Below, in pieces: positions 1-8,565 of a stretch of 64,000 nt of DNA. The notes below the pieces were generated by a model that saw only the letters and a program-made list of their open reading frames with translations, was not told where the DNA came from and made no database searches. Numbering within the stretch: the stretch's first letter is position 1; each line of letters starts with the position of its first letter. The position numbers were made by a program, and so were the translations under genes. Source of the stretch: Thermoplasmata archaeon (GTDB lineage Archaea; Thermoplasmatota; Thermoplasmata; Thermoplasmatales; Thermoplasmataceae); assembly GCA_021850545.1 (NCBI GenBank), contig JAJZLU010000035.1, positions 114,557-178,556 of the forward strand. The letters run 5' to 3'.

Positions 1-2
1 CA

Positions 3-680
3 ATGGTTAACAGTGATGCACCAAAGGCAGCAATGTCATGGAGTTCCGGAAAAGATTCTTCCATGGCACTTTTTGAGGTGTTAAACTCCGGCAGGTACGA
101 TGTGGTAACCCTTCTGACCACTGTAAATTCAGATTATGAGCGGGTCTCCATGCATGGCGTCAGGGAAGATCTGCTCCAAAGGCAGGCAAGGGCCTGTAGT
201 TTGCCAATTCTTAAGGTTAAAATACCAAAAAAGAGCACCAATGAGAACTATGAGGGCGCAATGCAAGAAGCAATAGGCAAACTAAAACACCAGGGTGTCA
301 AATATATGATTTTTGGTGACATCTTTCTTCAGGATGTGAGGGATTACAGAATCAGAATGATGGAAGGAACGGGGATTGAGCCAGTTTTCCCGCTATGGGG
401 AAAGGATACGACTAGGCTTGCCAAGGAAATTTTCGATGCTGGAATTAGGGCCAAAGTGTCCTGCCTGGATCCAGCGAAGGTGGGTATATCACTGGGGGGA
501 GCTGATTTCGACCAAGAATTCCTCGAAAAACTGCCAAGCGGCGTTGACCCCTGTGGAGAGAACGGGGAGTTCCACACATTCGTATACAGTGCACCTTTCT
601 TTAAGGAGCCAATAAGGATAAGAACTGGAGAATCAGTTTTAAGGGACGGGTTTTACTTCACTGATTTAGTTCCTGAATAG
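3..680 (+). CDS. Diphthine-ammonia ligase-like ATP pyrophosphatase (MJ0570/DUF71 family, adenine nucleotide alpha-hydrolase superfamily)
   Basis: 225-aa ORF. PP-loop-like SWSSGKDSS near the N-terminus and GENGEFHTFV near the C-terminus, both typical of the MJ0570/Dph6 family. ATG at nt 3, so probably complete. Confidence 0.7.
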   Translation: MVNSDAPKAAMSWSSGKDSSMALFEVLNSGRYDVVTLLTTVNSDYERVSMHGVREDLLQRQARACSLPILKVKIPKKSTNENYEGAMQEAIGKLKHQGVKYMIFGDIFLQDVRDYRIRMMEGTGIEPVFPLWGKDTTRLAKEIFDAGIRAKVSCLDPAKVGISLGGADFDQEFLEKLPSGVDPCGENGEFHTFVYSAPFFKEPIRIRTGESVLRDGFYFTDLVPE

Positions 681-751
681 AAACTTGGATCACTTGAATT
701 CCCATTCTAAATTCTGAAAAATGATTAAATGCAAATACCACATAATTGCGT

Positions 752-1927
752 ATGGCAAGCTTAAAGGATTTTCAGGGTGCTACCCAGTGGGACGTTGCCC
801 TAAAGATACATGAACTGAATGAGGCTGGCAGCCAGGAATTCAAATCAGCAGAATACCTAATCAATGTGTTGAAGTCAAGAGGATTTCAGGTAAAAGAGCA
901 CTACAATGGAATACCTACCGCATTCCGTGCTGAAAAGGCCATCGGAAGGGGAGGACCAACTGTGGCGTTCTTAGCTGAATATGATGCACTCCCCGGGATA
1001 GGCCATGCGTGCGGCCATAACCTCATTGCAGCTTCTGCACTTTTCTCTGCAATCAGGTCCACTGAAAAAATCCAAAACGGGAAGATAGTTGTCATTGGAA
1101 CGCCCGATGAGGAAGGAAGTGGAGAATTCTCTGGGTCCAAGATACTCATGGCAAACAGTGGGGTCTTCGAGGATGTGGACCTTGTACTCGGCTCCCACCC
1201 CGGAGACAGCTGGGATGTGGGAAGACAATCTCTGGCTGTCCGGGATTATGAAGTAACTTTCACGGGGCTTGCTTCCCATGAAGCTGCAGATCCAGATAAA
1301 GGAAGGAGCGCCCTTGATGCTGCAATACTAACGTATACGGGTGTGAACATGATGAGGCAGCATGTGAGAAGGGACCTCAATGTAGTAATTCATGGCATAA
1401 TAAAGGAAGGGGGGACGGCATCCAATGTTACACCGGAGAGGGCTGTGCTTGTCTATGGCATAAGGTCTTCCAGCGTGAAATACCATGGGGAGCTTGTGAA
1501 AAGATTCGAGAAGATAGTGGAAGGTTGCGCAAACGCTACCGAAACCCGCCATAAAATAAAGGAAATCGGGCCACTTTTTGCCACCACAAAGATAAATTCT
1601 ACCTTATCCAACTACATCAGGGACAGGCTGAACGAAAAGGGAGCTCAGTGCCCTCCTCTGGAAGAAACTTTCTCCAAGCAGCCTGGGGGTTCCACTGACT
1701 TTGCCAATGTATCACAGGTTAAGCCTGCACTTGAAGTGGATTTCCAGATCGCTGATGAAGGCACGCCGTGGCACTCACATGTTTCACTCGAAGCGGCCAA
1801 ATCGCCCAGGGCAAGGAAAGCACTGGACTTGGTTATTGAGGTTCTCAGCGACACCGCCAGAAAATATACAGAAGATGCTGATTTCAGGGAGAAGATTAAA
1901 CAGGACTTTCAATCATCGGGCAATTGA
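752..1927 (+). CDS. M20 family metallopeptidase/amidohydrolase (AbgB-like)
   Basis: ORF 746..1927. First ATG at 752; the track start at 746 is TTG. GHACGHNL metal-binding motif plus overall M20D layout. Confidence 0.75.
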   Translation: MASLKDFQGATQWDVALKIHELNEAGSQEFKSAEYLINVLKSRGFQVKEHYNGIPTAFRAEKAIGRGGPTVAFLAEYDALPGIGHACGHNLIAASALFSAIRSTEKIQNGKIVVIGTPDEEGSGEFSGSKILMANSGVFEDVDLVLGSHPGDSWDVGRQSLAVRDYEVTFTGLASHEAADPDKGRSALDAAILTYTGVNMMRQHVRRDLNVVIHGIIKEGGTASNVTPERAVLVYGIRSSSVKYHGELVKRFEKIVEGCANATETRHKIKEIGPLFATTKINSTLSNYIRDRLNEKGAQCPPLEETFSKQPGGSTDFANVSQVKPALEVDFQIADEGTPWHSHVSLEAAKSPRARKALDLVIEVLSDTARKYTEDADFREKIKQDFQSSGN

Positions 1928-2070
1928 CTTTCTCCCCATACATATTCTAGGAGGCTCGTCCATATAGGTGGCTTGCCAAAATTTAAAGTAAAATCAAGCC
2001 TCTAAGACATGGGTTGCCAACGCCAATCTGGTATGATCAGAGTTGAAACCTAAGAGAGGAACGGATATCT

Positions 2071-2640
2071 ATGGCTGAAAGAAGTTCTGCACCGACAAAG
2101 AAACAGTTAGATTTTATAGACAAACTGAGAAGCGCATCCCCAGAACGTGAGGAAGTAGTCTTCAAATTCCTTGATTCTAAGGAAAAGGGAAGCATAAGCG
2201 AACTTTCTGTTCCCGAAACCTCTGAACTTATAGACCGGCTTAAGGCGATAAAAGTAGAGGGCGAAAATATTTCTGCAGGATTTGCAACAGGCAAGCAGAT
2301 AAGCTTCCTGACAAATCTTCAGGACACTGAAGAGAGAAGAAATGCTGCGAGGGAGTATCTTCACAAACTGGGAAAGACCTCGGTGAACGAACTTGCCATC
2401 AACGAAGCCTCTGAACTTATTGACTCCCTTATGAAAATGCCCAGGGGAGATAGGCTAGACGCATCTGAGCTGGCTCCAACCTCAAAGCAGCTTAAGTTCA
2501 TACAGAGTTTACAGAAGTCCCCCAATGGAACCGGGACAATAAGTTCTTACCTTAAGAAACTCAGAAAGGGGCAGCTGGAAGAACTCACCAGGAAGGAAGC
2601 CAGCGAACTGATAGAAATGCTCAAAAGCTCATCCCAGTAA
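2071..2640 (+). CDS. Hypothetical protein made of three tandem ~60-aa repeats
   Basis: 189-aa ORF. Internal repeats: TKKQLDFIDKL...ETSELIDRLKA, TGKQISFLTNL...EASELIDSLMK, TSKQLKFIQSL...EASELIEMLKS. No TM segment and no catalytic motif seen. Confidence 0.6.
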   Translation: MAERSSAPTKKQLDFIDKLRSASPEREEVVFKFLDSKEKGSISELSVPETSELIDRLKAIKVEGENISAGFATGKQISFLTNLQDTEERRNAAREYLHKLGKTSVNELAINEASELIDSLMKMPRGDRLDASELAPTSKQLKFIQSLQKSPNGTGTISSYLKKLRKGQLEELTRKEASELIEMLKSSSQ

Positions 2641-2739
2641 ATTGGATAGTTCTACTCTGGCCTATATTCGTTTCTTCATATAGAATCAAGTGATCTATTG
2701 TACCAACATTTTTACAATATACCTAAGATATCACCGAAC

Positions 2740-3171
2740 ATGGGTTCGGCATTAGCCCTCATGTCATCATCGGATAAACTCAAGATCATTACGGATTCAT
2801 TCAAATCCTCACAAATTATTGGCATTTTAGATGGAGAAGGGCCCATAACCGTATTCGCCCCCATTGATATCGCGGTCGCACAGGGACATGCAGGAAAATT
2901 CAAGGTCGCGCAGGGAAATTCTGACCAATTCCAGATACTTGTAAAGTATCATGTGGTGAAAGGTTACTACCCCACCAAGGTACTTATGGAGTCTCTGAAG
3001 AAGAAAGGGCATCTGGAGCTTGAAGCGCTGTGCGGGAAAAAACTTGTAATTAGGGCATCGGGATTTTTTAGGACCCATATCAAGATCAATGATGCAAATA
3101 TAGTGTCTGCAGACCTTGCTGCTGATAATGGTGTTATTCACACAATCGATACTGTCCTTTTCCCGCCATAG
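2740..3171 (+). CDS. Fasciclin (FAS1) domain protein
   Basis: GPITVFAPIDIAV and NGVIHTIDTVLFPP are the two conserved FAS1 boxes. Start uncertain (TTG 2698 or ATG 2740). Confidence 0.75.
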   Translation: MGSALALMSSSDKLKIITDSFKSSQIIGILDGEGPITVFAPIDIAVAQGHAGKFKVAQGNSDQFQILVKYHVVKGYYPTKVLMESLKKKGHLELEALCGKKLVIRASGFFRTHIKINDANIVSADLAADNGVIHTIDTVLFPP

Positions 3172-3198
3172 TTCACATCTGGCATCAAGTTCATTTTC

Positions 3199-3945
3199 TT
3201 AAAGTCCTATTCCGCCGTCCACAACCAGCGTATGGCCAGTAATGAAGGTGTTTTCAGGATTTAGGAGAAAAGCCACTGCCCTGCCAATGTCTTCGGGCTC
3301 ACCCCATCTTTTCATTGGCGTCGCTTTCTTAATCTTGCTGCTGAATGATTCATTTTCCCATCCCTCACGGTTCATGTCAGTCCTGACATATCCCGGTGCA
3401 ATAGCATTCACCCTTATTCTGGGAGCCAGTTCCTTGGCGAGCCCCCTGGTCAGGTGGATTAATGCGGCCTTTGAAGCCTGGTAACCATGGGCCCAAGGAT
3501 CTGCCCTGAATCCATAAACAGATGAAATATTCACGATGGAACCGCCATCAACTATGGTTTTATTCAGGTTTCTTGCAAGGTAGAAAGGAGCCGAAAGGTT
3601 GAGGCCAATAATCTTCTCCCAATCCTCATCCTTGATCTCATCAAGGGTTGTTCCCTGATATATTCCGGCATTATTTACGAGTGCAAAGAGCCTTATTCCC
3701 CTTTCCAGCAGCTTTCCAGTGAATGCTTCGATCTGCGATCTTGAGGTAAGGTCAACCTGGATTGGCTCTGAATTGGCTCCAATCGCCGAAATTTCAGCAG
3801 TAGCCCGTTCAGCTTCCTTCCGGTCTGAATTGAAGGTAAAGATAATGTCGTAACCTTTCGCGGCCAGTTCCAGAGATATGGCCTTTCCAATACCCCTGCT
3901 TCCCCCAGTAACCAGCACAGTCTTATTGCTTGAAATATCTGACAT
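3199..3945 (-). CDS. Short-chain dehydrogenase/reductase (FabG-like)
   Basis: TGGSRGIGKAI Rossmann motif, NNAG, and YQASK catalytic YxxxK. 248 aa. Confidence 0.85.
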   Translation of the reverse strand: MSDISSNKTVLVTGGSRGIGKAISLELAAKGYDIIFTFNSDRKEAERATAEISAIGANSEPIQVDLTSRSQIEAFTGKLLERGIRLFALVNNAGIYQGTTLDEIKDEDWEKIIGLNLSAPFYLARNLNKTIVDGGSIVNISSVYGFRADPWAHGYQASKAALIHLTRGLAKELAPRIRVNAIAPGYVRTDMNREGWENESFSSKIKKATPMKRWGEPEDIGRAVAFLLNPENTFITGHTLVVDGGIGL

Positions 3946-3972
3946 TTGAAGTTAACATCCCCTAAATCGATT

Positions 3973-4452
3973 TTATTGTTGTGATGCTTGCCTCTCTGCA
4001 TCCTCACGAATTTTTTTCAGTGCTGATATGGCCTCATCCACATGATGTTTGGCATTCATCTGGGAATTGTAGACATGGGCGATCTTCCCATACCTAGAAA
4101 TAACAAACGTAGTCCTGGGAGGCAGAATTGATCCTTTGACATCATACTTGCGCCGAATCTCCTTTTCGGGGTCGCTTACCAGGGTAAACTGGAGCTTGTG
4201 GTGGTCTTTGAACTTCTTATGGGAATCTGTAGAGTCAGAACTCACCCCTATAACTTCTGCGCCCAGTTCCTTGATATCATCCCAGTGGTCCCGGAATGAA
4301 CAGGCTTCCGCCGTGCAGCCCGGAGTCTCATCCTTTGGATAGAAATACAGAACCACCTCCTTCTCCTTAAGAAGCTCGCTGAGCTTTATGCTGGCGCCGC
4401 TGTCTGTGCTTGCTTCAAAATCTGGAGCCGTATCACCGATGTTCAATGCCAT
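3973..4452 (-). CDS. bcp: Peroxiredoxin, Bcp-type thiol peroxidase
   Basis: YFYPKDETPGCTAEAC peroxidatic-Cys motif. ATG at 4452 (MALNIGDTAPDF); the track start at 4467 is TTG. Confidence 0.85.
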   Translation of the reverse strand: MALNIGDTAPDFEASTDSGASIKLSELLKEKEVVLYFYPKDETPGCTAEACSFRDHWDDIKELGAEVIGVSSDSTDSHKKFKDHHKLQFTLVSDPEKEIRRKYDVKGSILPPRTTFVISRYGKIAHVYNSQMNAKHHVDEAISALKKIREDAERQASQQ

Positions 4453-4621
4453 TAGCAATATCAGCAATTACTCCTATTTAAGAATTGATTTTGGCCCTTG
4501 AATAATGGATTCGGCTATGCGAACTGGCCCGCTTCCCTTGACAGGGTTGCATCATGGCTAAAATTTGCAGCAAAACCCCATGAGGAATAAGACGGATATG
4601 TGCCGTGGAGATGGATAATTG

Positions 4622-5281
4622 ATGATATCGAAGGAAATGGTTGAATCCATTGGGATATCTTACCCAGAAAAATTCCACATGAATCTAATGGAGGAGCCTT
4701 TTCCATGGTTCCTGCTTTCTTTACTATTTGGAGCCCGGATACCTGAATCCATCGCTGTGCGCACATTCTACATGTTCAAAAGTGAAGGACTCCTTACACC
4801 TGAATCCCTTATAAAACGCGGTTGGGAAAGCCTTGTTGTGCTACTGGATTCAGGAGGATACACAAGGTATGACTTCAAAACTGCAACAAAGCTGATAGAG
4901 GCCTCTAAAAACATAATTTCGGTAGGCTCACTCAATAAAATCCATGAATCCTCCTCTGAAGTAGATCTGCCCAATAACCTGAGATCGCTGGCAAAAGGTA
5001 TTGGAGACGTCACAATAGGCATTTTCCTGCGTGAAATGATCGGTATCTGGAATAAGGCCAAGCCGCTTCCAACTCCTCTGGTTAGGGCAACAGCCAGTAT
5101 GCTTGCAATAGATCCTGTTTTACTTGCCTCAGCGTTAGGAGTACGTTATGGGTTAATGGAATCCTTCCTTGTCAATGTTGGAAGGAGGTGTTTCAGGTCA
5201 AGTTGCAGGAAATGCATCTTTCCTGACCAGCGCCAAGAATATCTCAAGGAGAGCAAGAATCCGCTGTTGCAGCGCCGATAA
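4622..5281 (+). CDS. Hypothetical protein, possibly HhH-GPD/endonuclease III-like fold
   Basis: 219-aa ORF. KGIGDVTIGIFLRE resembles a helix-hairpin-helix motif, and there is a Cys-rich C-terminus (RRCFRSSCRKC). The family assignment is weak. Confidence 0.35.
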   Translation: MISKEMVESIGISYPEKFHMNLMEEPFPWFLLSLLFGARIPESIAVRTFYMFKSEGLLTPESLIKRGWESLVVLLDSGGYTRYDFKTATKLIEASKNIISVGSLNKIHESSSEVDLPNNLRSLAKGIGDVTIGIFLREMIGIWNKAKPLPTPLVRATASMLAIDPVLLASALGVRYGLMESFLVNVGRRCFRSSCRKCIFPDQRQEYLKESKNPLLQRR

Positions 5282-5418
5282 GCATTTAACAAGTTAGAGT
5301 ACAAGCCAACTGATTTTACCAGTGATATTGGAAGTTGCGTGAGCCATCCCTATTGCTGTCAACACAAGGTTGTGTGATCCAAAAAAGGAGAATTTAAATG
5401 GAGGAAATATAGAATCCT

Positions 5419-5841
5419 TTAATCTGGGTTCTTGGCGTTTTCCAGTTCAGCCCACTTCTTTTCAAGCTGAGCCTTGAGGTTGGTAGTCTTCGCACTCTTG
5501 TCCTCTTTCCTGCGCAATTCCTCAGGTGACCTCAGCCCACTCCCAACATCGTACCTGAAATTGATGATTGAAGATTTAGTGGTCTTGTACCTGTTTGAAA
5601 GCTCGGCAATTCTTGAATCCACCGAACTCAGAACGTGTTTCATGACTCCATATTCAAGGGAATCCTGCAGGGCCCTTCTAATGACATCAAGTGCTGATTC
5701 ATTTTCCTGGCGAAGAAGGTTTATTGCTGAAAGCTCTTCGAGACCTAGGGTTATGCTGACCTCTTCAAGGTCTTCAAGTTCCTCCGGGTCTTCCGGTTTC
5801 GGTTCAGTTTTTTTCCCTTTATTTGAAACCATGATTTTCAT
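5419..5841 (-). CDS. Small protein with a ribbon-helix-helix-like N-terminal region and a charged coiled-coil-like C-terminus
   Basis: 140 aa. An acidic leader is followed by VSITLGLEELSAINLLRQENESALDVIRRALQD (strand-helix-helix pattern of CopG/ParR-type RHH), then a K/E-rich tail. Lies directly downstream of the actin-like gene. Confidence 0.5.
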   Translation of the reverse strand: MKIMVSNKGKKTEPKPEDPEELEDLEEVSITLGLEELSAINLLRQENESALDVIRRALQDSLEYGVMKHVLSSVDSRIAELSNRYKTTKSSIINFRYDVGSGLRSPEELRRKEDKSAKTTNLKAQLEKKWAELENAKNPD

Positions 5842-5909
5842 CCTTAATTATCCAAAGGATGATTTCGATTAGTCTTCGATATAAATAGTTTCAGGCTAAA
5901 AGAAAGTGA

Positions 5910-5938
5910 CAAGTAGATCACTTACTTTGATCTACTTG
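5910..5938. promoter_or_regulatory. Perfect 10-bp inverted repeat CAAGTAGATC-N9-GATCTACTTG
   Basis: Read directly. One arm lies in the last codons of the actin-like gene and the loop contains its stop codon (5922-5924). It sits about 20-50 nt upstream of a TATA-like CTATTTATATCG (minus strand, plus coords 5877-5888) preceding the RHH gene. Confidence 0.5.
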
Positions 5939-6899
5939 CTGCATCCCTATAGCCCAGAGCATTGGCAAACTGCACATCTTCTGATGGTATCTTAATCATT
6001 GCGCCCGGGGCGAGAGATTCCAGTTTGTGCCCAATAAGGCTTGATCCTCCACCAACAGGTATGAGTGCAGTTATCCTGTCAAGCTCTTCCCTGAGGTTTT
6101 CCCTGAGTTTGTCAAGGATCCTTGAGGCAAGGTTGTTAAGTATTGGCTCTGAAACTGACGGGCCGCCTACCTCTCTCTGCTTGAATACAACGGTCTGGGA
6201 GATAGCTTCCCTTGCTATATCAGTCGGAACGATGAATCCCGTTTCCTTGGCAATTGCCTTGCCTATTCCGGATACAACATCTCCTACGCCAGCCTGTATG
6301 CTGAAGGACATTCCTACAACAGGCTCCATGTTCTTGAGATTGACTGTTAGGACATCAGTCGTCCTGGATCCGATATCAATTACCACGCCATATCCGTACT
6401 GCGTTTTTATGAGTCCCTGGTCAAGAAGGAACAGTGCTGCCCCCACGCCCTGTGGCCTCATTACTAGTTTTGAAATCTTGAACTTCCTGACTTCTCCGGA
6501 AGCGGCTTTCAGCGATATTTCCTTGCCCTCCAGAAATTCCTTTGCAGCGGCAACTTCGTGCTCGAATGTTCCCAGAGGCGTTCCGCTGCCTATTGTCAAT
6601 TCAGTTAAAGCTCCATCCGTGCCCGCACCGCTTACCCAGAGGGCACCGGCCAGCAACGGAAGTGAATCAGGATCTGAAAGCCTGCCATCTCCCTGTGGTT
6701 CCCTTACGCTTGCTCCTGTGGCATCCTCACCAAAGAAGAAGGGCTCTCCATCGTCTATTGAAAGAACTGTTGTTGTTCCTCCAAATCCCCAGCCTTTTGT
6801 TTCTGTAGGGGCCCACCTGGATGGGAACTTCTCTCTCTTTCCATCGGCTCCTATGACTTTTGTGTCTCCGTATCCCAAGTCAACTCCTATTGTTATCAA
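5922..6899 (-). CDS. Actin-like ATPase of the ParM/StbA superfamily (Thermoplasma Ta0583-type archaeal actin homologue)
   Basis: 325 aa. The N-terminus ITIGVDLGYGDTKVIG...KFPSRWA, the GVVIDIGSRTTDV phosphate-2 motif, and the IPVGGGS and QFANALGY C-terminal motifs match my recollection of Ta0583 (about 326 aa). TTG start preceded by GGTGAGG. Confidence 0.85.
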   Translation of the reverse strand: MITIGVDLGYGDTKVIGADGKREKFPSRWAPTETKGWGFGGTTTVLSIDDGEPFFFGEDATGASVREPQGDGRLSDPDSLPLLAGALWVSGAGTDGALTELTIGSGTPLGTFEHEVAAAKEFLEGKEISLKAASGEVRKFKISKLVMRPQGVGAALFLLDQGLIKTQYGYGVVIDIGSRTTDVLTVNLKNMEPVVGMSFSIQAGVGDVVSGIGKAIAKETGFIVPTDIAREAISQTVVFKQREVGGPSVSEPILNNLASRILDKLRENLREELDRITALIPVGGGSSLIGHKLESLAPGAMIKIPSEDVQFANALGYRDAASRSK

Positions 6900-7201
6900 A
6901 TATCCTCACCTTTTCCATAATCCCGGAACCATAACATGGGGTAGTAACAAACATGGACGTTCTGGGGCTGTTTCCTAGATTTCCCATAATGCCATAGTTA
7001 GCTAATTGCAGTGCCATGCTACTCTGTTCCAAGCTACCTTCAATTGTCAAATACGCACTTAAATGTTTGCATCGTCATCATGAAAGTTCGCTTTTGGTTT
7101 GTTGCGTGTTTTCTAAGTTCCATATAAAATATATACCTTAGGTTCACTTTTTGCCTTTTTTTGTACTGTTTTATCTGCAGATGAAGTAACTGCTGCGTAT
7201 C

Positions 7202-7211
7202 TATAATATAT
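7202..7211 (+). promoter_or_regulatory. TATA-box-like element upstream of prpD
   Basis: TATAATATAT centred about 25 nt upstream of the prpD ATG (7231), consistent with a leaderless archaeal transcript. Confidence 0.4.
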
Positions 7212-7230
7212 TTTTCCGTTATTACAAGAC

Positions 7231-8565
7231 ATGGACAAAATTGTAAACCAGCTTTATGAGCATGCTTCAGAAGTTGGCTCCAAAGGGCTCGACTCTACAG
7301 TTCTTGACGAAATTAAGAAGAGAATTGCAGATTCCATCATCACTTCCTATGGGGCCAGGAATGCCCCGCCTGTTGCAATCGAAAAACGTGCACTCCTACC
7401 GTCCTCTGGCAAGCACAATTCTCCAGTATATTTCACTGGCAGGGAGGCTTCTGTAGACCTTGCCACATTCATGAACGGCTCGATGACGAGATACCTTGAT
7501 TACAATGACACTTACCTCTCAAAAGAGGCCCTGCACCCATCTGACAATGTCCCTCCAATATTATCAATGGCTTTTGCAAAAGATCTCTCCGGAATGGACG
7601 CAGCCAAGGCTGTAACAGTAGCTTACGATGTTGTTGGGGCGCTCTCAGATGCGGTTTCAATAAGGGATAGGGGATGGGATCATGTCACATATATATCAAT
7701 TTCATCTGCAGCAGGCCTTGGACTCCTGTTAGATTTCGACTATTCCAAGTATGAGAACCTTATCAATCTAGCAATCAATAATAACATAAGTTTGAGGCAG
7801 ACTAGAGCAGGCGAGCTCAGTATGTGGAAGGGCTGCACTGCTTCTGATGCCAGCAGGAATTCAGTTTTTGCGGCGCTTCTAGCAATGGAGGGGTTCACGG
7901 GCCCATCGCCGATATTCACTGGGGAAATGGGATTTTTCAAACAGGTGTCTGGAGAATTTGCTCTTGACCTGAAACCTGGAAAGGTCCTCAGGACCATGAT
8001 CAAGAATTTTCCTGTTGAATATCATGCAATGAGTGCTGCGGAAGTCGCGCTTAACCTCAGGAACAAACTTGAGGGAAAGATAGAGAAGGTTGAGGTTGAA
8101 ACTTTCGAAGTTGCCCATAAGATAATCATAAAGGATCCTGAGAAGCTTAGGCCAAAGACCAGGGAAACTGCAGACCACAGTATGCCATATATTGTTGCAT
8201 ACACTTTGAAGAATGGGGCCCCTAACCCGAATTCATATGATGAAGCCTATCTGAAAGACCCAGAGATCCTTAGGATTGTCGATGTATCGAGCTACAAGGT
8301 TACACAGAAGTTCAATGAAATGTATCCAGAGAACCTTCCAGTTAAAATCAAAGTTACCACCGACAAAGGAGTACTTGAGGAGGAAATGGATGTTCCTAAG
8401 GGTCATTTCAAGAAACCATACACTTGGGAGGACCTTGAGAACAAGGGGAAAGCTGTGATGGGTGAAACCAACGCAAAGATACTTGTGGAGTTTGTCAGGA
8501 ATTTTGAAAAGCGGAGTGTAAGGGAACTCTTCGAGGTGATTTCCGATGTCAATTTTAAAGGATAA
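7231..8565 (+). CDS. prpD: 2-methylcitrate dehydratase (MmgE/PrpD family)
   Basis: 444 aa with the general PrpD/MmgE layout. First gene of a cluster with a methylisocitrate lyase and a citrate-synthase-family gene. Confidence 0.8.
   Translation: MDKIVNQLYEHASEVGSKGLDSTVLDEIKKRIADSIITSYGARNAPPVAIEKRALLPSSGKHNSPVYFTGREASVDLATFMNGSMTRYLDYNDTYLSKEALHPSDNVPPILSMAFAKDLSGMDAAKAVTVAYDVVGALSDAVSIRDRGWDHVTYISISSAAGLGLLLDFDYSKYENLINLAINNNISLRQTRAGELSMWKGCTASDASRNSVFAALLAMEGFTGPSPIFTGEMGFFKQVSGEFALDLKPGKVLRTMIKNFPVEYHAMSAAEVALNLRNKLEGKIEKVEVETFEVAHKIIIKDPEKLRPKTRETADHSMPYIVAYTLKNGAPNPNSYDEAYLKDPEILRIVDVSSYKVTQKFNEMYPENLPVKIKVTTDKGVLEEEMDVPKGHFKKPYTWEDLENKGKAVMGETNAKILVEFVRNFEKRSVRELFEVISDVNFKG

Noticed and set aside
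5962-6978. 338-aa ORF antisense to the actin-like gene.
   Set aside because: It is an S/P/L-rich low-complexity shadow ORF with no motifs. The opposite strand carries clear actin-fold motifs.
6880-7017. 45-aa minus-strand ORF (MALQLANYGIMGNLG...) upstream of and overlapping the actin gene start.
   Set aside because: No recognisable motif, no obvious promoter or SD, and it overlaps the actin start in another frame. The evidence is insufficient.
6900-7230. parC-like iteron array upstream of the actin gene.
   Set aside because: Only scattered CCATA(A/G) motifs with irregular spacing were seen. No periodic repeat could be read.
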